A DNA stretch of 64,000 bases from Propionibacteriales bacterium (GCA_038254365.1 JBBSGI010000009.1:1227-65226), one strand, 5' to 3'; positions 31,238-40,940 are shown, counted from the stretch's first letter. Translations and numbers: made by a program. The notes: generated from the letters alone by a model not told the origin.

Positions 31238-32686
31238 ATGGCTGTTTACGAGTTCAAGCTGCCTGATGTCGGAGAAGGTCTCACCGAGGCCGAGCTCGTC
31301 ACCTGGCTGGTCGAGGTCGGCGACACCATCAAGGTCAACACCGTCGTGTGCGAGATCGAGACCGCGAAGTCCCTGGTCGAGCTGCCGTCGCCGTACGCCG
31401 GGACCGTCTCCCGGCTGATGGTGTCGCCGGGAGAGATGGTCGCGGTCGGCACGCCGATCATCGCGGTCTCCTCGGGGGCGGACGCGGACCTCGTCGGGGC
31501 GGCTGGCGTCGACCCCGAGAGCGCTCCCGACGGGGAGTCCGAGATCGACCATCCCGCTGCCGACCGGGCGGTGGAGCCTGGCATGGTCGGCAGCCCGGCA
31601 CCGCGTGCAGACGGCGCGACCCCGACATTGGTCGGGTACGGACCGCGTACGGCGGTTACCAGCCGCCGTGCCCGCAGGGCAGCCACGGCGGCCCCGATCG
31701 AGGTGACGTCGCCGACTGCGGAGGCGCCCCCCCCTGCGCCGGTACCGGCGCCCACTGCGGTAACCGCTCCTGCCTCGCCACCGGTCGGCGCGAATGGTGC
31801 AAAGGCCCTCGCCAAACCACCGGTCCGCAAGCTGGCCAAGGACCTGGGCGTCGACCTGGCCCTCGTCACGGCAACCGGGCCGGGCGGCACCATTTCACGC
31901 GACGACGTCGAACAGCACGCTGCCGGTTCCGGTCCCGCCGGGGAGACGGCCCAGACCACGGCAACCGGCTCCGGGCCTGCGCCCGGCCAGCGCGAGACCC
32001 GGATACCCGTCAAGGGCGTGCGCAAGATGACCGCCCAGGCGATGGTGTCCTCGGCGTTCACCGCGCCGCACGTCACGGAGTGGGTGACCTTCGACGCGAC
32101 CAAGACGATGCGGCTCGTCCGGCGGTTGCGCGAGGACCGGGCGTTCGCGGACGTCCGGGTGTCGCCGCTTCTGGTGGTAGCCCGCGCCGTCTGCCTGGCA
32201 GCGCGGCGTACTCCGGAGATCAACGCGACCTGGGACGAGGCCGCTCAGGAGATCGTGCTGAAGCACTACGTCAACCTGGGCATCGCCGCGGCGACTCCCC
32301 GCGGGCTGGTGGTGCCCAATGTCAAGGGCGCTGACGCCCTGTCCGCGGTCGACCTGGCCGCGGCTTTGGGTGAGCTGACCGCGGTGGCGCGGTCGGGCCG
32401 GACCCAGCCGGCCGACATGGCCGGCGGCACGTTCACGATCACCAATGTGGGCGTGTTTGGCGTCGACGCCGGCACCCCGATCCTCAATCCGGGTGAGTCG
32501 GCGATCCTCGCGATGGGTGCGATCCGCAAACAGCCCTGGGTCGTCGGAAACAAGGTCCGTCCTCGCTGGGTCACGACGTTGGCGTTGTCCTTCGATCATC
32601 GCGTCGTCGACGGCCAGCAGGGTTCGCAGTTCTTGGCCGATGTCGCCAGCATCCTGGAGAGCCCAGGTCGGGCTCTCCTCTTCTGA
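31238..32686 (+). CDS. dihydrolipoamide acyltransferase E2
   Basis: Lipoyl domain (CEIETAKSLVELPSPYAG), Ala/Pro linkers, subunit-binding domain (PPVRKLAKDLGVDL), and a catalytic domain ending SFDHRVVDG. Confidence 0.9.
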   Translation: MAVYEFKLPDVGEGLTEAELVTWLVEVGDTIKVNTVVCEIETAKSLVELPSPYAGTVSRLMVSPGEMVAVGTPIIAVSSGADADLVGAAGVDPESAPDGESEIDHPAADRAVEPGMVGSPAPRADGATPTLVGYGPRTAVTSRRARRAATAAPIEVTSPTAEAPPPAPVPAPTAVTAPASPPVGANGAKALAKPPVRKLAKDLGVDLALVTATGPGGTISRDDVEQHAAGSGPAGETAQTTATGSGPAPGQRETRIPVKGVRKMTAQAMVSSAFTAPHVTEWVTFDATKTMRLVRRLREDRAFADVRVSPLLVVARAVCLAARRTPEINATWDEAAQEIVLKHYVNLGIAAATPRGLVVPNVKGADALSAVDLAAALGELTAVARSGRTQPADMAGGTFTITNVGVFGVDAGTPILNPGESAILAMGAIRKQPWVVGNKVRPRWVTTLALSFDHRVVDGQQGSQFLADVASILESPGRALLF

Positions 32687-32768
32687 CCCCGGCCAGCACG
32701 GAGGGCCGAGCGCCAGATGAAGCAGGTCACCGTCTGCCGAGAACCCTACGACCGGGCGTCCTGAGGGG

Positions 32769-33230
32769 TCAGCGTGCCGGCTCGACCTCGACCGCGGCCT
32801 TGAGGTTCACCAAGGTGGCCTCGATGCCCTTGCGGTTGCGCTCGGGGAAGCCGGCGACGTCGAGCCACTTCCCCGTGGGGCCGGGGTAGTAGCTGGCGTC
32901 CCAGGTCTCGGTGACCTTCGTGCCGCCCTCGGGAGTCAGCTCGAGCTCGTAACGCCAGCGGTGGGGCCCGAGGTGGCGCCACGCGATGCGCGTCCCCTCC
33001 TCGAACTCCACCACCGTGTTCCGGATCCTGTACGGCGCCCCGAACAGCTTCATGCTCGCGCCGAACTGCGATCCGAGGCGCAGACGTGACGGTCCGTCGG
33101 TCATGCGTTCGACACTTCCCGAGCCGTCGATCTCGGGATGGCGGCGCGGGTCGGCCAGGACCGAGAACACCCGGCTCGGCGGGGCGTCGATGGTGATGGT
33201 CGAGGAGACGATGCGGTCGCCCATGGGCAC
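32769..33230 (-). CDS. SRPBCC (START/polyketide-cyclase-like) family protein
   Basis: 153 aa. ITIDAPPSRVFSVLADPRRHPEIDG is typical of SRPBCC N-termini. Confidence 0.75.
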   Translation of the reverse strand: MPMGDRIVSSTITIDAPPSRVFSVLADPRRHPEIDGSGSVERMTDGPSRLRLGSQFGASMKLFGAPYRIRNTVVEFEEGTRIAWRHLGPHRWRYELELTPEGGTKVTETWDASYYPGPTGKWLDVAGFPERNRKGIEATLVNLKAAVEVEPAR

Positions 33231-33246
33231 AACGTAGCCGGGCCCG

Positions 33247-34902
33247 TCAGGTCAATTGGCCACCGGCCGCATGGACTCCGCCGAGATCCTCGCCAGTCTC
33301 GACCTCCGGCGAAGCCTGCTCGGAGACGCCGCCCCTCGCCACGAAGTCCTTCTGCCGGATCAAGATGAGTGACAGCACTCCGGAGGCGAACGCCAGCGCT
33401 GCCGCGATCAGGGTGATGTCGTTGAGGGCGTCCACCACGGCCGACGTGCCGACCTGCTGGACGAGGTCAAAGGCCTGCTGTCCGACGCTCGGGCCCTGGG
33501 CTGCGGTGGCGGCCTGTTGCGCACCGGTCGCGGCGGCATGCACCTGTCCGCCGGACAGTGCCGCGGTGAGACCGTCCAGGGCCTGCGCGGGGACCCTGCC
33601 GGCCAGCTGTGGTCGGGCGGCCGCGGCCACCTGGTGGCTGAAGATCGACCCGAGCGCCGCGATCCCTGTGGCGACGCCGACCTGGCGGAGCGTGGAGTTG
33701 GCGCCGCTCGCCATACCCGACCGCGCGACCGGGACGACGCCGACCGCGGTCGAGGCCAGCGGCGGGTTGATCATGCCGATCCCGACGCCAGAGACCAGCA
33801 GCCCGGGGATCAGGTGGGTCCAGGACGAGTCGTCCTGGATCCCGGTCAGGAGCAGCAGCCCCAAGCCGAGGATCAGGAAGCCGGGTCCGATCAGCCACTT
33901 GACCGGCACGTGCTCGGTCAGCCGCCCGGCGATGGCGGCGGCGAAAAACGACGCCCCGGACAGGAACAGGAACCGGACGCCGGTCCCGACCGCGGAGTAG
34001 TCGAGCACGTTCTGGACGTAGATCACCAGGAAGGCCAGGAGCGAGAAGATCGAGGCCGAGACCCCGAAGGCCGCGATCAGGCCGCCGGTGAAGGTCGGCT
34101 TGCGGAGCAGGCCGAGATCGAGCATCGGATGTCGCTGTACTGCCTGGCTGACCACGAAGACCACGAGCAGGAGACCGGAGGCGACCAGCGAGGCTACGAC
34201 GAGGTGGTCGCCCCAGGTGGTCTGGCCGGCCTCGATCAGACCGTAGACGAGCGCGCCGAGGGCCAGCGAGAAGCTGACGAAGCCGAACCAGTCCGGCCGG
34301 CCGGCGTCGGGATCCTTCGACTCCAGCACCTTGGTCAGCGAGACCGCGAGCGCGACCAGGCAGATGGGGATGTTCACGAAGAAAATCCAGCGCCAGGAAA
34401 GGCCGCTGGTGAGCGCGCCACCGAGCACGGGGCCGATCGCTACCGCGAACCCCGTGGTCGCACCGAAGACGCCGAAGGCCGTACCCCGGTCCTTGCCGCG
34501 GAAGGCGCCGGCCAGCAGGGCAAGCGCCGCCGCGAACATCGCGGCCCCGCCGATGCCCTGGAAGGCGCGTGCCAGCTGGAGGAACAAGATGTCCTGGGCG
34601 GACCCGCAGGCGATGGACCCGAGGGTGAAGATCAGCAGGCCGATTACGAACACCCGGCGACGACCGAACAAGTCGGCCAGCGACCCAGCGGTGAGCAGCA
34701 GTGCGGCAAGGCTGAGCGCGTAGGCGTCGATCACCCACTGGAGGTCCGACAGCGAGGCGTTGAGCTGCGTCTGGATGTCGGGCAACGCGACGTTGACGAT
34801 GGTGATGTCGAGCAGCAGCATGAAGACGCCGGTGCAGACCGCGACCAGGGTCCACCACTTGGGGTCCCGGGCTGGGGTGGGGGCGATGGTCTCCTGGGTC
34901 AT
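33247..34902 (-). CDS. MFS transporter, DHA2 (14-TMS) type
   Basis: LLDITIVNVALP and GSLADLFGRRRVF motifs with 14 hydrophobic spans. The start is taken at MTQETIAP (34902). Confidence 0.85.
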   Translation of the reverse strand: MTQETIAPTPARDPKWWTLVAVCTGVFMLLLDITIVNVALPDIQTQLNASLSDLQWVIDAYALSLAALLLTAGSLADLFGRRRVFVIGLLIFTLGSIACGSAQDILFLQLARAFQGIGGAAMFAAALALLAGAFRGKDRGTAFGVFGATTGFAVAIGPVLGGALTSGLSWRWIFFVNIPICLVALAVSLTKVLESKDPDAGRPDWFGFVSFSLALGALVYGLIEAGQTTWGDHLVVASLVASGLLLVVFVVSQAVQRHPMLDLGLLRKPTFTGGLIAAFGVSASIFSLLAFLVIYVQNVLDYSAVGTGVRFLFLSGASFFAAAIAGRLTEHVPVKWLIGPGFLILGLGLLLLTGIQDDSSWTHLIPGLLVSGVGIGMINPPLASTAVGVVPVARSGMASGANSTLRQVGVATGIAALGSIFSHQVAAAARPQLAGRVPAQALDGLTAALSGGQVHAAATGAQQAATAAQGPSVGQQAFDLVQQVGTSAVVDALNDITLIAAALAFASGVLSLILIRQKDFVARGGVSEQASPEVETGEDLGGVHAAGGQLT

Positions 34903-35111
34903 AGCTCCTGCCTGGCGGTCGAGGGCGAGCGAAATCATCAAGTGGTGAACGATTACCTGGTGTACGATGCTCCTGGACCGCAGTTCGTCAAGTGGCTAAC
35001 GATTGAGCAGGTGATGAAATCGGCACCGCGCCCGGGTCTGTCCTGCTGCCGGAGCTGGCCGACCTGCCGGGATACCTCGTCTGGCGAGCGCATGCCAGGG
35101 TCGTCGCCGCG

Positions 35112-35894
35112 GTGGAGAATGTGCTACCCGACACCGTCGACATCCACGGGTACGCCGTGCTGCTCGCGCTGGCGGGGGGCATCACCCGGAGCCAGCAGGC
35201 CCTGTCGCTCACCGTGTGTGTCAGCCGGACCACGATGGTCCGGGTGGCCGCCGACCTCGCGGCGCGCGGCCTGGTCGAGCGGGTGCGCAACCCGGAGGAC
35301 CGCCGGTCCAACGCCCTGACCCGTACCCCGGAAGGCGCTGCGGCCGCGCGCACCTGGCGGCGCCACGCCGAGGACCTGGAGGACGCGATCAGCGCCGGCT
35401 TCACGCCGCGCGAGCGTGCGGAACTGCGCACGCTCCTCCTGCGACTCGTGGAGGGCGACCTGGCACCGGACACGCCGGAGCCCTTGCGGGAGAGCATCGG
35501 GTTCCTGATCACCCGCCTCCATTACCGCATGCACCGTGCCTTCCTGAGCACGCTGGCACCCCTGCGTATCGAGCCCCGACACTTCGGGATGCTGACGTCG
35601 CTTCGTGCGACCGGACCGGTCTCCCAGTCAGACCTGGCGAGCAGCCTCGGGCTGAGCGGCGCGAGCATGGTCCAGATGATCGACGACCTCGAGCGACGTG
35701 GCCTGGTGGCTCGCCGCAGGCAAGAGAGCGACCGGCGGGCGCACGTCGTCGACGTGCTCCCGGAGGCGACCGAGGTCATGCGGCAGGCGGCGCTGCTTGC
35801 GCGTCGGACCTCCGACGTGCACCTGGCGCCGCTCTCCAAGGCGCAGACGCAGCGACTGCTCGTGCTCCTGCGGCGGTTGGTCACCGCACCCTGA
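35112..35894 (+). CDS. MarR-family regulator with two complete MarR wHTH domains in one chain
   Basis: Domain 1 runs ...SQQALSLTVCVSRTTMVRVAADLAARGLVERVRNPEDRRSNALTRT. Domain 2 runs SQSDLASSLGLSGASMVQMIDDLERRGLVARRRQESDRRAHVVDV. It is divergent from the MFS gene. The first canonical start is GTG 35112, but the MarR-like sequence LLPELADLPGYLVWRAH continues upstream in frame to a TGA at 35004. Confidence 0.75.
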   Translation: MENVLPDTVDIHGYAVLLALAGGITRSQQALSLTVCVSRTTMVRVAADLAARGLVERVRNPEDRRSNALTRTPEGAAAARTWRRHAEDLEDAISAGFTPRERAELRTLLLRLVEGDLAPDTPEPLRESIGFLITRLHYRMHRAFLSTLAPLRIEPRHFGMLTSLRATGPVSQSDLASSLGLSGASMVQMIDDLERRGLVARRRQESDRRAHVVDVLPEATEVMRQAALLARRTSDVHLAPLSKAQTQRLLVLLRRLVTAP

Positions 35895-36130
35895 GACTCA
35901 CCTGACTGGTGGCCTGCGCCCCGGCCGATACCTGTGTGCCCACGAATGTGGTCCCGGTCACACGCGCGCCGCACCACCCTCGCGGGGCTGGCCGCGCGCC
36001 TCGCCCTCAGGACTACCTCTTCCCGACCGACCGCGAGCATGGGGCTCGAAGGATCTTGAGCGTTCGGGGTTACCGGATCGACCTTCATCATCACCATCCG
36101 GCGCCACGGGAGCGGAGGAGCCCAGAGTCC

Positions 36131-37318
36131 TCAAGACCCGGGGCCCTCCCGCTCAGCGAGCCAGGCGAGCACCGACCCGGTGTGCTCACCAAGTCGTGGT
36201 GGCGGGTCGTGATGGTCCCGTCCCCCGGCGAATGTCGAGTCGTCGAACCGGATCGGGGGCCCGGGGAGCTCGACCTCCCCCAGACCGGGCGCGTCGACGG
36301 ACACCACGAGGCCCTGGGACCTGGTCTGCTCCCAGGTGTAGACCTCGTCGAGGGATCGGACCCGGCCGGCCGGGACTCCGGCCGCGGCCAAGCGTTCTAC
36401 CCACTGTTGCGCGGTGGCTGCCGAGAGGGCGTCCTCGATCAGGGTGGCGAGCTCCTCCCGCCGCCCCACCCGATCCACGTTGGTAGCGAACCTGGGATCG
36501 TCGGGACTCAGCCCGACCAACGGAGCGAAGGCGCGCCAGAGACCCTCGCTGCCGCAGGCCACCTGGACAGGGGCGTCGGCTGCCTGGAAGAGCCCGTACG
36601 GCGCGATCGACGGGTGCTGGTTGCCGATGGCAACCGGCACCTCGTGGGCGACCGTCCACTGGGTGCCCTGGTAGGCGTGCACGCCGACGATCGCCGCCAG
36701 CAGGCTGGTGCGCACTACCCGGCCCCTGCCGGTCTGCTCGCGCTCGTACAGCGCCGAGAGCACTCCGGTGACGCCGTACATGCCGGCGAGCAGATCGCCG
36801 ATGGGCAGGCCGACCTTGGTCGGTTCGCCCGGCGGGCCGGTGACGCTCATCAGCCCTGCCTCACCCTGAGCAATCTGGTCGTAGCCTGCCCGACGACCTT
36901 CGGGGCCGTCATGGCCGAACCCGGTGATCGACAGCACGACAAGTCTCGGGTTGAGCTCATGTAGCTGCTCGACCGAGAGCCCGAGGCGGTCCAGCACGCC
37001 GGGGCGGAAGTTCTCACACAGCACGTCGCTGTGCCGCACCAACCGGCGCACCAGGTCGAGGCCGGCCGGCGACTTCAGGTCGGCGGTCACAGACTCCTTG
37101 TTGCGGTTGCAGCTCATGAAGTACGTCGAAAGCCGGTCGGGTCCCGAACCGGCGAACGGTGGGCCCCAGCCGCGGCTGTCGTCGCCGCCTTCCGGGTGCT
37201 CGATCTTGATCACCCGCGCGCCCAGGTCGCCCAGCATCATCGCGGCATGCGGACCGGCCAGGGCGCGCGTCAGGTCGAGCACGACGAGATCGCTGAGCGG
37301 GCCGATCGGGGCGCTCAT
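36131..37318 (-). CDS. CaiB/BaiF-family CoA transferase
   Basis: LSDLVVLDLTRALAGPHAAMMLGDLGARVIKIEHPEGGDDSRGWGPP is the family III CoA-transferase N-terminus. Confidence 0.88.
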   Translation of the reverse strand: MSAPIGPLSDLVVLDLTRALAGPHAAMMLGDLGARVIKIEHPEGGDDSRGWGPPFAGSGPDRLSTYFMSCNRNKESVTADLKSPAGLDLVRRLVRHSDVLCENFRPGVLDRLGLSVEQLHELNPRLVVLSITGFGHDGPEGRRAGYDQIAQGEAGLMSVTGPPGEPTKVGLPIGDLLAGMYGVTGVLSALYEREQTGRGRVVRTSLLAAIVGVHAYQGTQWTVAHEVPVAIGNQHPSIAPYGLFQAADAPVQVACGSEGLWRAFAPLVGLSPDDPRFATNVDRVGRREELATLIEDALSAATAQQWVERLAAAGVPAGRVRSLDEVYTWEQTRSQGLVVSVDAPGLGEVELPGPPIRFDDSTFAGGRDHHDPPPRLGEHTGSVLAWLAEREGPGS

Positions 37319-37359
37319 CGGGCCGGCGGTGGCGTGGTCATCGCCTCAGTCTGTCGCCT

Positions 37360-37508
37360 GCTCGCTCTGCTATCGTGAGGGGGCCGCCAGCCGTGGCGGT
37401 GTCAACTTCACAAGCTCGACGTAGGGGAAGCTGGTGAGACTCCAGCGCTGTCCCGCAACCGTGACCGGTGTCCGACACCGGCAGCCGGAATACCTGCGCC
37501 GAGCGAGC
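37360..37508 (+). promoter_or_regulatory. cobalamin (B12) riboswitch
   Basis: The conserved core AGGGGAAGCTGGTGAGACTCCAGCGCTGTCCCGCAACCGTGA is at 37421-37464 and the B12 box GCAGCCGGAATACCTGCGCC at 37481-37500. The closing helix is GCTCGCTC (37360) / GAGCGAGC (37501). Confidence 0.8.
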
Positions 37509-37615
37509 GGCTCCCCATCTGTCGAGGTCTGCAGGGTCGGAGTCATGGACAGCGCCGGCCCTGCTGCCGCCGCCCATCCGTTCCTGGGACCGCTCACCGA
37601 AAGGCCCCAGTCGTC

Positions 37616-38725
37616 ATGCTCTCCACCCGTGTGCGCGGCCTGTCCGCCGCCACCTTGTCCCTGACCCTCTCCCTCGGCCTCGCCTTCGCGACGATGTCGT
37701 CCCAGGCCGCTTCAGCTACCGCCGACCCGGCGACCGACTACGGAGCGAGGGGGCACCTCGCCGCCGAGTGGCAGGCCAGCCAGCTCGAGCACGGACACAT
37801 GCCCGGGTTTGCGCCTGGTTATCCCGACTGGGGTCTGACCATCGACACCGCCTACATGCTCGCGGCGGACGGCTCGCAGCCCGTCGTCTTGGCCCGGGTC
37901 AAGAAGGCCATCGCCCATCACATTCTCGACTATGCCGTCTACAACGGCGACACCGCTTCGGGGGCCATGGCGAAGGCGCTTCTGGTGAGCAAGGTCCTCA
38001 AGGCCGACCCGACCCACTTCGGTGGCATCAATGTTCGCAAGCGGGTGCTGAAGCTCATCGCGCCCGCCAGCGCGGGCTTCGAGCACGGCCGGCTCCGCGA
38101 CACGGGCGCGACCGACTACAGCAATGTCTTCGGCCAGTCCTACGGGACGATCGGCCTGGCCAGGTCCGGCGTGGTCCGGCAGTCGGTTGTCGACTACCTG
38201 GTCAAGCAGCGTTGCTCGGCCGGATACTTCCGCCTGTTCGAGACCGTGGGCGAGACCTGCGACCAGAGCGGGAGTGGCCCTGACGTGGACGCGACCGCGC
38301 TCGCTCTGCAGGCGCTGATCGCCGCCAAGGCGGATGGTGCGACGGTGCGCCACCAGATGATCGTGGACACGACGAGCTGGCTGATATCGGTGCAGAAGGC
38401 AGACGGGTCATACTCCGAGGACGCGACCGGTGGCTCTCCCAGCTCGAACTCCACCGGCCTGGCCGCCAACGCCTTGGTCGCGGCCGGCCACACCTCACCG
38501 CGGCTGAAGGCGGCCACCTGGGTAGCGAGCATGCAGCTCACCAAGGCGAACGCGGGCAGTGGACCGGCACGGACCGACATCGGGGCGATCGCGCTCAATC
38601 CCGCGGCGCTCTCTGACGCTATCGCCAACGGCCTGGGCGACAACCGCTCGCAGTGGTGGCGGGTGGCGCCTCAGGCGTCCTTCGCATTGCATCCCTCGCC
38701 GCTCGGAACGCTGACCGCGCCGTGA
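37616..38725 (+). CDS. secreted prenyltransferase/squalene-oxidase-repeat (alpha/alpha toroid) protein
   Basis: Signal peptide MLSTRVRGLSAATLSLTLSLGLAFATMSSQAASA. It has repeated Q-x-x-DG type motifs (VKQRCSAGYF, SVQKADGSYS, LQALIAA, NALVAAG). Confidence 0.7.
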   Translation: MLSTRVRGLSAATLSLTLSLGLAFATMSSQAASATADPATDYGARGHLAAEWQASQLEHGHMPGFAPGYPDWGLTIDTAYMLAADGSQPVVLARVKKAIAHHILDYAVYNGDTASGAMAKALLVSKVLKADPTHFGGINVRKRVLKLIAPASAGFEHGRLRDTGATDYSNVFGQSYGTIGLARSGVVRQSVVDYLVKQRCSAGYFRLFETVGETCDQSGSGPDVDATALALQALIAAKADGATVRHQMIVDTTSWLISVQKADGSYSEDATGGSPSSNSTGLAANALVAAGHTSPRLKAATWVASMQLTKANAGSGPARTDIGAIALNPAALSDAIANGLGDNRSQWWRVAPQASFALHPSPLGTLTAP

Positions 38726-39834
38726 CCGGCGGAGGTCGCTGGGGAACCCTCGCGGCCGGACTGCTGGTCGTCGGTGCCCTATCCGCGGGGACGGTGTCTA
38801 GTGCCGATGCGGTCGCAGGCGGAACACCGGGCTACTGCCCGACAAGAACCGGCGTCACCGTCGTCGTCGACTTCCAGGAGTTGGGGGGCGGCATCGTCGT
38901 CAGGTGCGCACCGGGTCCCGTCGTACCCGGCTACAGCGGGCTGGACGCCCTGCAGGACGCCGGCTTCACCCCCACGGGCGTTCGTCAGTACGGGCTTGCC
39001 TTCATCTGCCGAATAGCCGGCAAACCCGCTGCCGACCAGACACTCCCGATCGAGGGAGACCCGAACTACCGGGAGGACTGCAACCAGACGCCGCCGCAGC
39101 AGGCCTTCTGGGGTTACTGGTACGCCCCGGACGGAGGCAGCTGGACCTACAGCCAGCTTGCGGCGCTGAGCCGCGATGCGATCCCGGGTGGCTTCGAGGG
39201 CTGGTCATTCTCGCTCAACCATGTATCCGGGGACGCTCCAGCGCCCGGCATCGCGCCGAAGCGGCCACCGCGCACCCCTCCGACGACGCCTCCGACGACG
39301 CCTCCGACGACGACTCGGACCCCCCCGCCGCCGACGCCCCCGACGACGCCTCCGACGACGACTCGGACCCCCCCGCCGCCGACGCCCCCGACGACGTCAC
39401 CGACCACCCTGCCGCCGACGGCACCCACCCACTCGATACCGTCCCAACAGTCTCCGACCCATCAACCGAGAGGCCCCGGCTCAGGTTGGTCGGCTTCAGC
39501 GGGAAGCGGGCACCCCACGGCAAAGCCCACCCAGACGGCTCAACCCTCCTCTACCCACAAGCCGGAGCGCGGCAAGGGGGTATCGGGTGGCCCGGGGTCG
39601 GCGATCCACACCTCCGCGGGCGGGGCCAGGTCTCCAACCACGGAGAGTCCGGTCGACAACCCGGTCGCAGCGGGGCACAACGCGGCGGGCGAGCAGGTCA
39701 GCGGTGAGCTTCCGGACGCCGCGTCCTCCGACAGCGGGTCGGCCGCCACCGCAGTGCTGGGTATCGTCCTCGTCACCCTGCTGGCCGCGGGTGGCGGGAT
39801 GGCTGCCTGGCGGAGGAGAGCCGGCCGAGGATGA
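38722..39834 (+). CDS. DUF4430 (transcobalamin C-terminal-like) surface protein with Pro/Thr linker and C-terminal membrane anchor
   Basis: GTGA overlap with the upstream gene. Signal peptide, then a DUF4430-like core (GVTVVVDF...SGLDALQDAGF...FICRIAG...FWGYWYAPDGGSWTYS...GGFEGWSF), then PTTPPTT repeats. The terminal hydrophobic helix is followed by RRRAGRG. Confidence 0.65.
   Translation: MTGGGRWGTLAAGLLVVGALSAGTVSSADAVAGGTPGYCPTRTGVTVVVDFQELGGGIVVRCAPGPVVPGYSGLDALQDAGFTPTGVRQYGLAFICRIAGKPAADQTLPIEGDPNYREDCNQTPPQQAFWGYWYAPDGGSWTYSQLAALSRDAIPGGFEGWSFSLNHVSGDAPAPGIAPKRPPRTPPTTPPTTPPTTTRTPPPPTPPTTPPTTTRTPPPPTPPTTSPTTLPPTAPTHSIPSQQSPTHQPRGPGSGWSASAGSGHPTAKPTQTAQPSSTHKPERGKGVSGGPGSAIHTSAGGARSPTTESPVDNPVAAGHNAAGEQVSGELPDAASSDSGSAATAVLGIVLVTLLAAGGGMAAWRRRAGRG
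39277..39396 (+). repeat. tandem repeats in the Pro/Thr linker (2 x 12 bp then 2 x 48 bp perfect)
   Basis: CCTCCGACGACG is repeated twice. The 48-bp unit CCTCCGACGACGACTCGGACCCCCCCGCCGCCGACGCCCCCGACGACG is then repeated exactly at 39301-39348 and 39349-39396. Confidence 0.95.
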
Positions 39835-40940
39835 CCAGGCGTGGCGGCACGTACTGGCTGCCTCGGTCCCTGCACCCCCTCGCCTGGTGGCTGTGGGCGC
39901 TCGGCCTGACAGTGGCCGCCAGTCGGACCACGAACCCGGTACTGCTGGCGACCATTCTCGGCGTCGTCTGCTGGGTCGTGATGGCCCGGCGACCCGACGC
40001 GCCCTGGGCGCATGCCTTCCGGCTGTACGTCGTCGGAGGGCTGCTCGTCGTCGCGATCAGGGTGGTCTTCCGGGTCGTGTTCGCCGGGGATCAGGGTCAC
40101 GTCGTGCTGCTGTCTCTGCCGACGGTTCCGCTGCCGAGCGGGACCGGCATCCACCTGCTCGGCGACATCACGGCGGAGTCGATCCTGGAGGGGATCTATG
40201 ACGGCCTCCGCCTCGCGACGATGCTGATCTGCCTCGGCGCGGCGAACGCGCTGGCCAACCCCCGAAGGTTGCTCCGCTCGATGCCACCGGCGCTGCACGA
40301 GGTGAGTACCGCGGTGGTCGTCGCCCTGTCGGTCTTTCCCCAGCTGGCGGAGAGCGTGGTCCGGGTCCGGCGCGCCAGGCGGCTCCGGCCGGGCGGCGAC
40401 CAACGTGGCATCGCGGGGTTGCGCACGGTGGTGGTCCCGGTGCTGGAGGACGCCTTGGACCGCTCTCTGCTGCTGGCGGCCTCGATGGACTCGCGCGGCT
40501 ACGGCCGGGTGGCGGGACGCAGCAGGGCGATGACGCGCCTCACCGGCGGGCTGCTGGTCACCGGGCTCGGCGGGATCTGCGTTGGCGCGTACGCGTTGCT
40601 AGATGCGACCACCCCCCGGGTGCTGGCCACGCCGATGCTCATGGCAGGGGTGGTCGTGGGGGTGCTCGGCGTGTCATTGTCCGGGCGGGGAGTCACCAGG
40701 TCGTCCTACCGCCCGGACACCTGGCAGCTGGCCGAATGCCTCATCGTCGCCTCGGGACTCATTGCGGGCGTCACCGTCTACCTGACCTCGCGGGTCGACC
40801 CCGCCGAGCTCAACCCGTCGCTCAGCCCGCTGACCTGGCCGAAGGTCGCGCTGCTGCCGTTGATCGGTGTCCTGGTCGCGCTGGCGCCCGCGATGGGCAC
40901 CCCGGTCCCGGTTGACGACACGGTCACGGTACCTGCGTGA
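39831..40940 (+). CDS. ECF transporter transmembrane (T) component, CbiQ/EcfT family
   Basis: Multi-TMS protein with the conserved coupling region VRRARRLR...LEDALDRSLLLAASMDSRGYG. 4-nt overlap upstream. Confidence 0.8.
   Translation: MTRRGGTYWLPRSLHPLAWWLWALGLTVAASRTTNPVLLATILGVVCWVVMARRPDAPWAHAFRLYVVGGLLVVAIRVVFRVVFAGDQGHVVLLSLPTVPLPSGTGIHLLGDITAESILEGIYDGLRLATMLICLGAANALANPRRLLRSMPPALHEVSTAVVVALSVFPQLAESVVRVRRARRLRPGGDQRGIAGLRTVVVPVLEDALDRSLLLAASMDSRGYGRVAGRSRAMTRLTGGLLVTGLGGICVGAYALLDATTPRVLATPMLMAGVVVGVLGVSLSGRGVTRSSYRPDTWQLAECLIVASGLIAGVTVYLTSRVDPAELNPSLSPLTWPKVALLPLIGVLVALAPAMGTPVPVDDTVTVPA

Noticed and set aside
35522-36097. Minus-strand ORF beginning MVMMKVDPVTPNAQ in the MarR-CoA transferase intergenic region.
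   Set aside because: Most of its length is antisense to the well-supported MarR gene. Only about 65 codons lie in intergenic DNA, and they have no recognisable motif.
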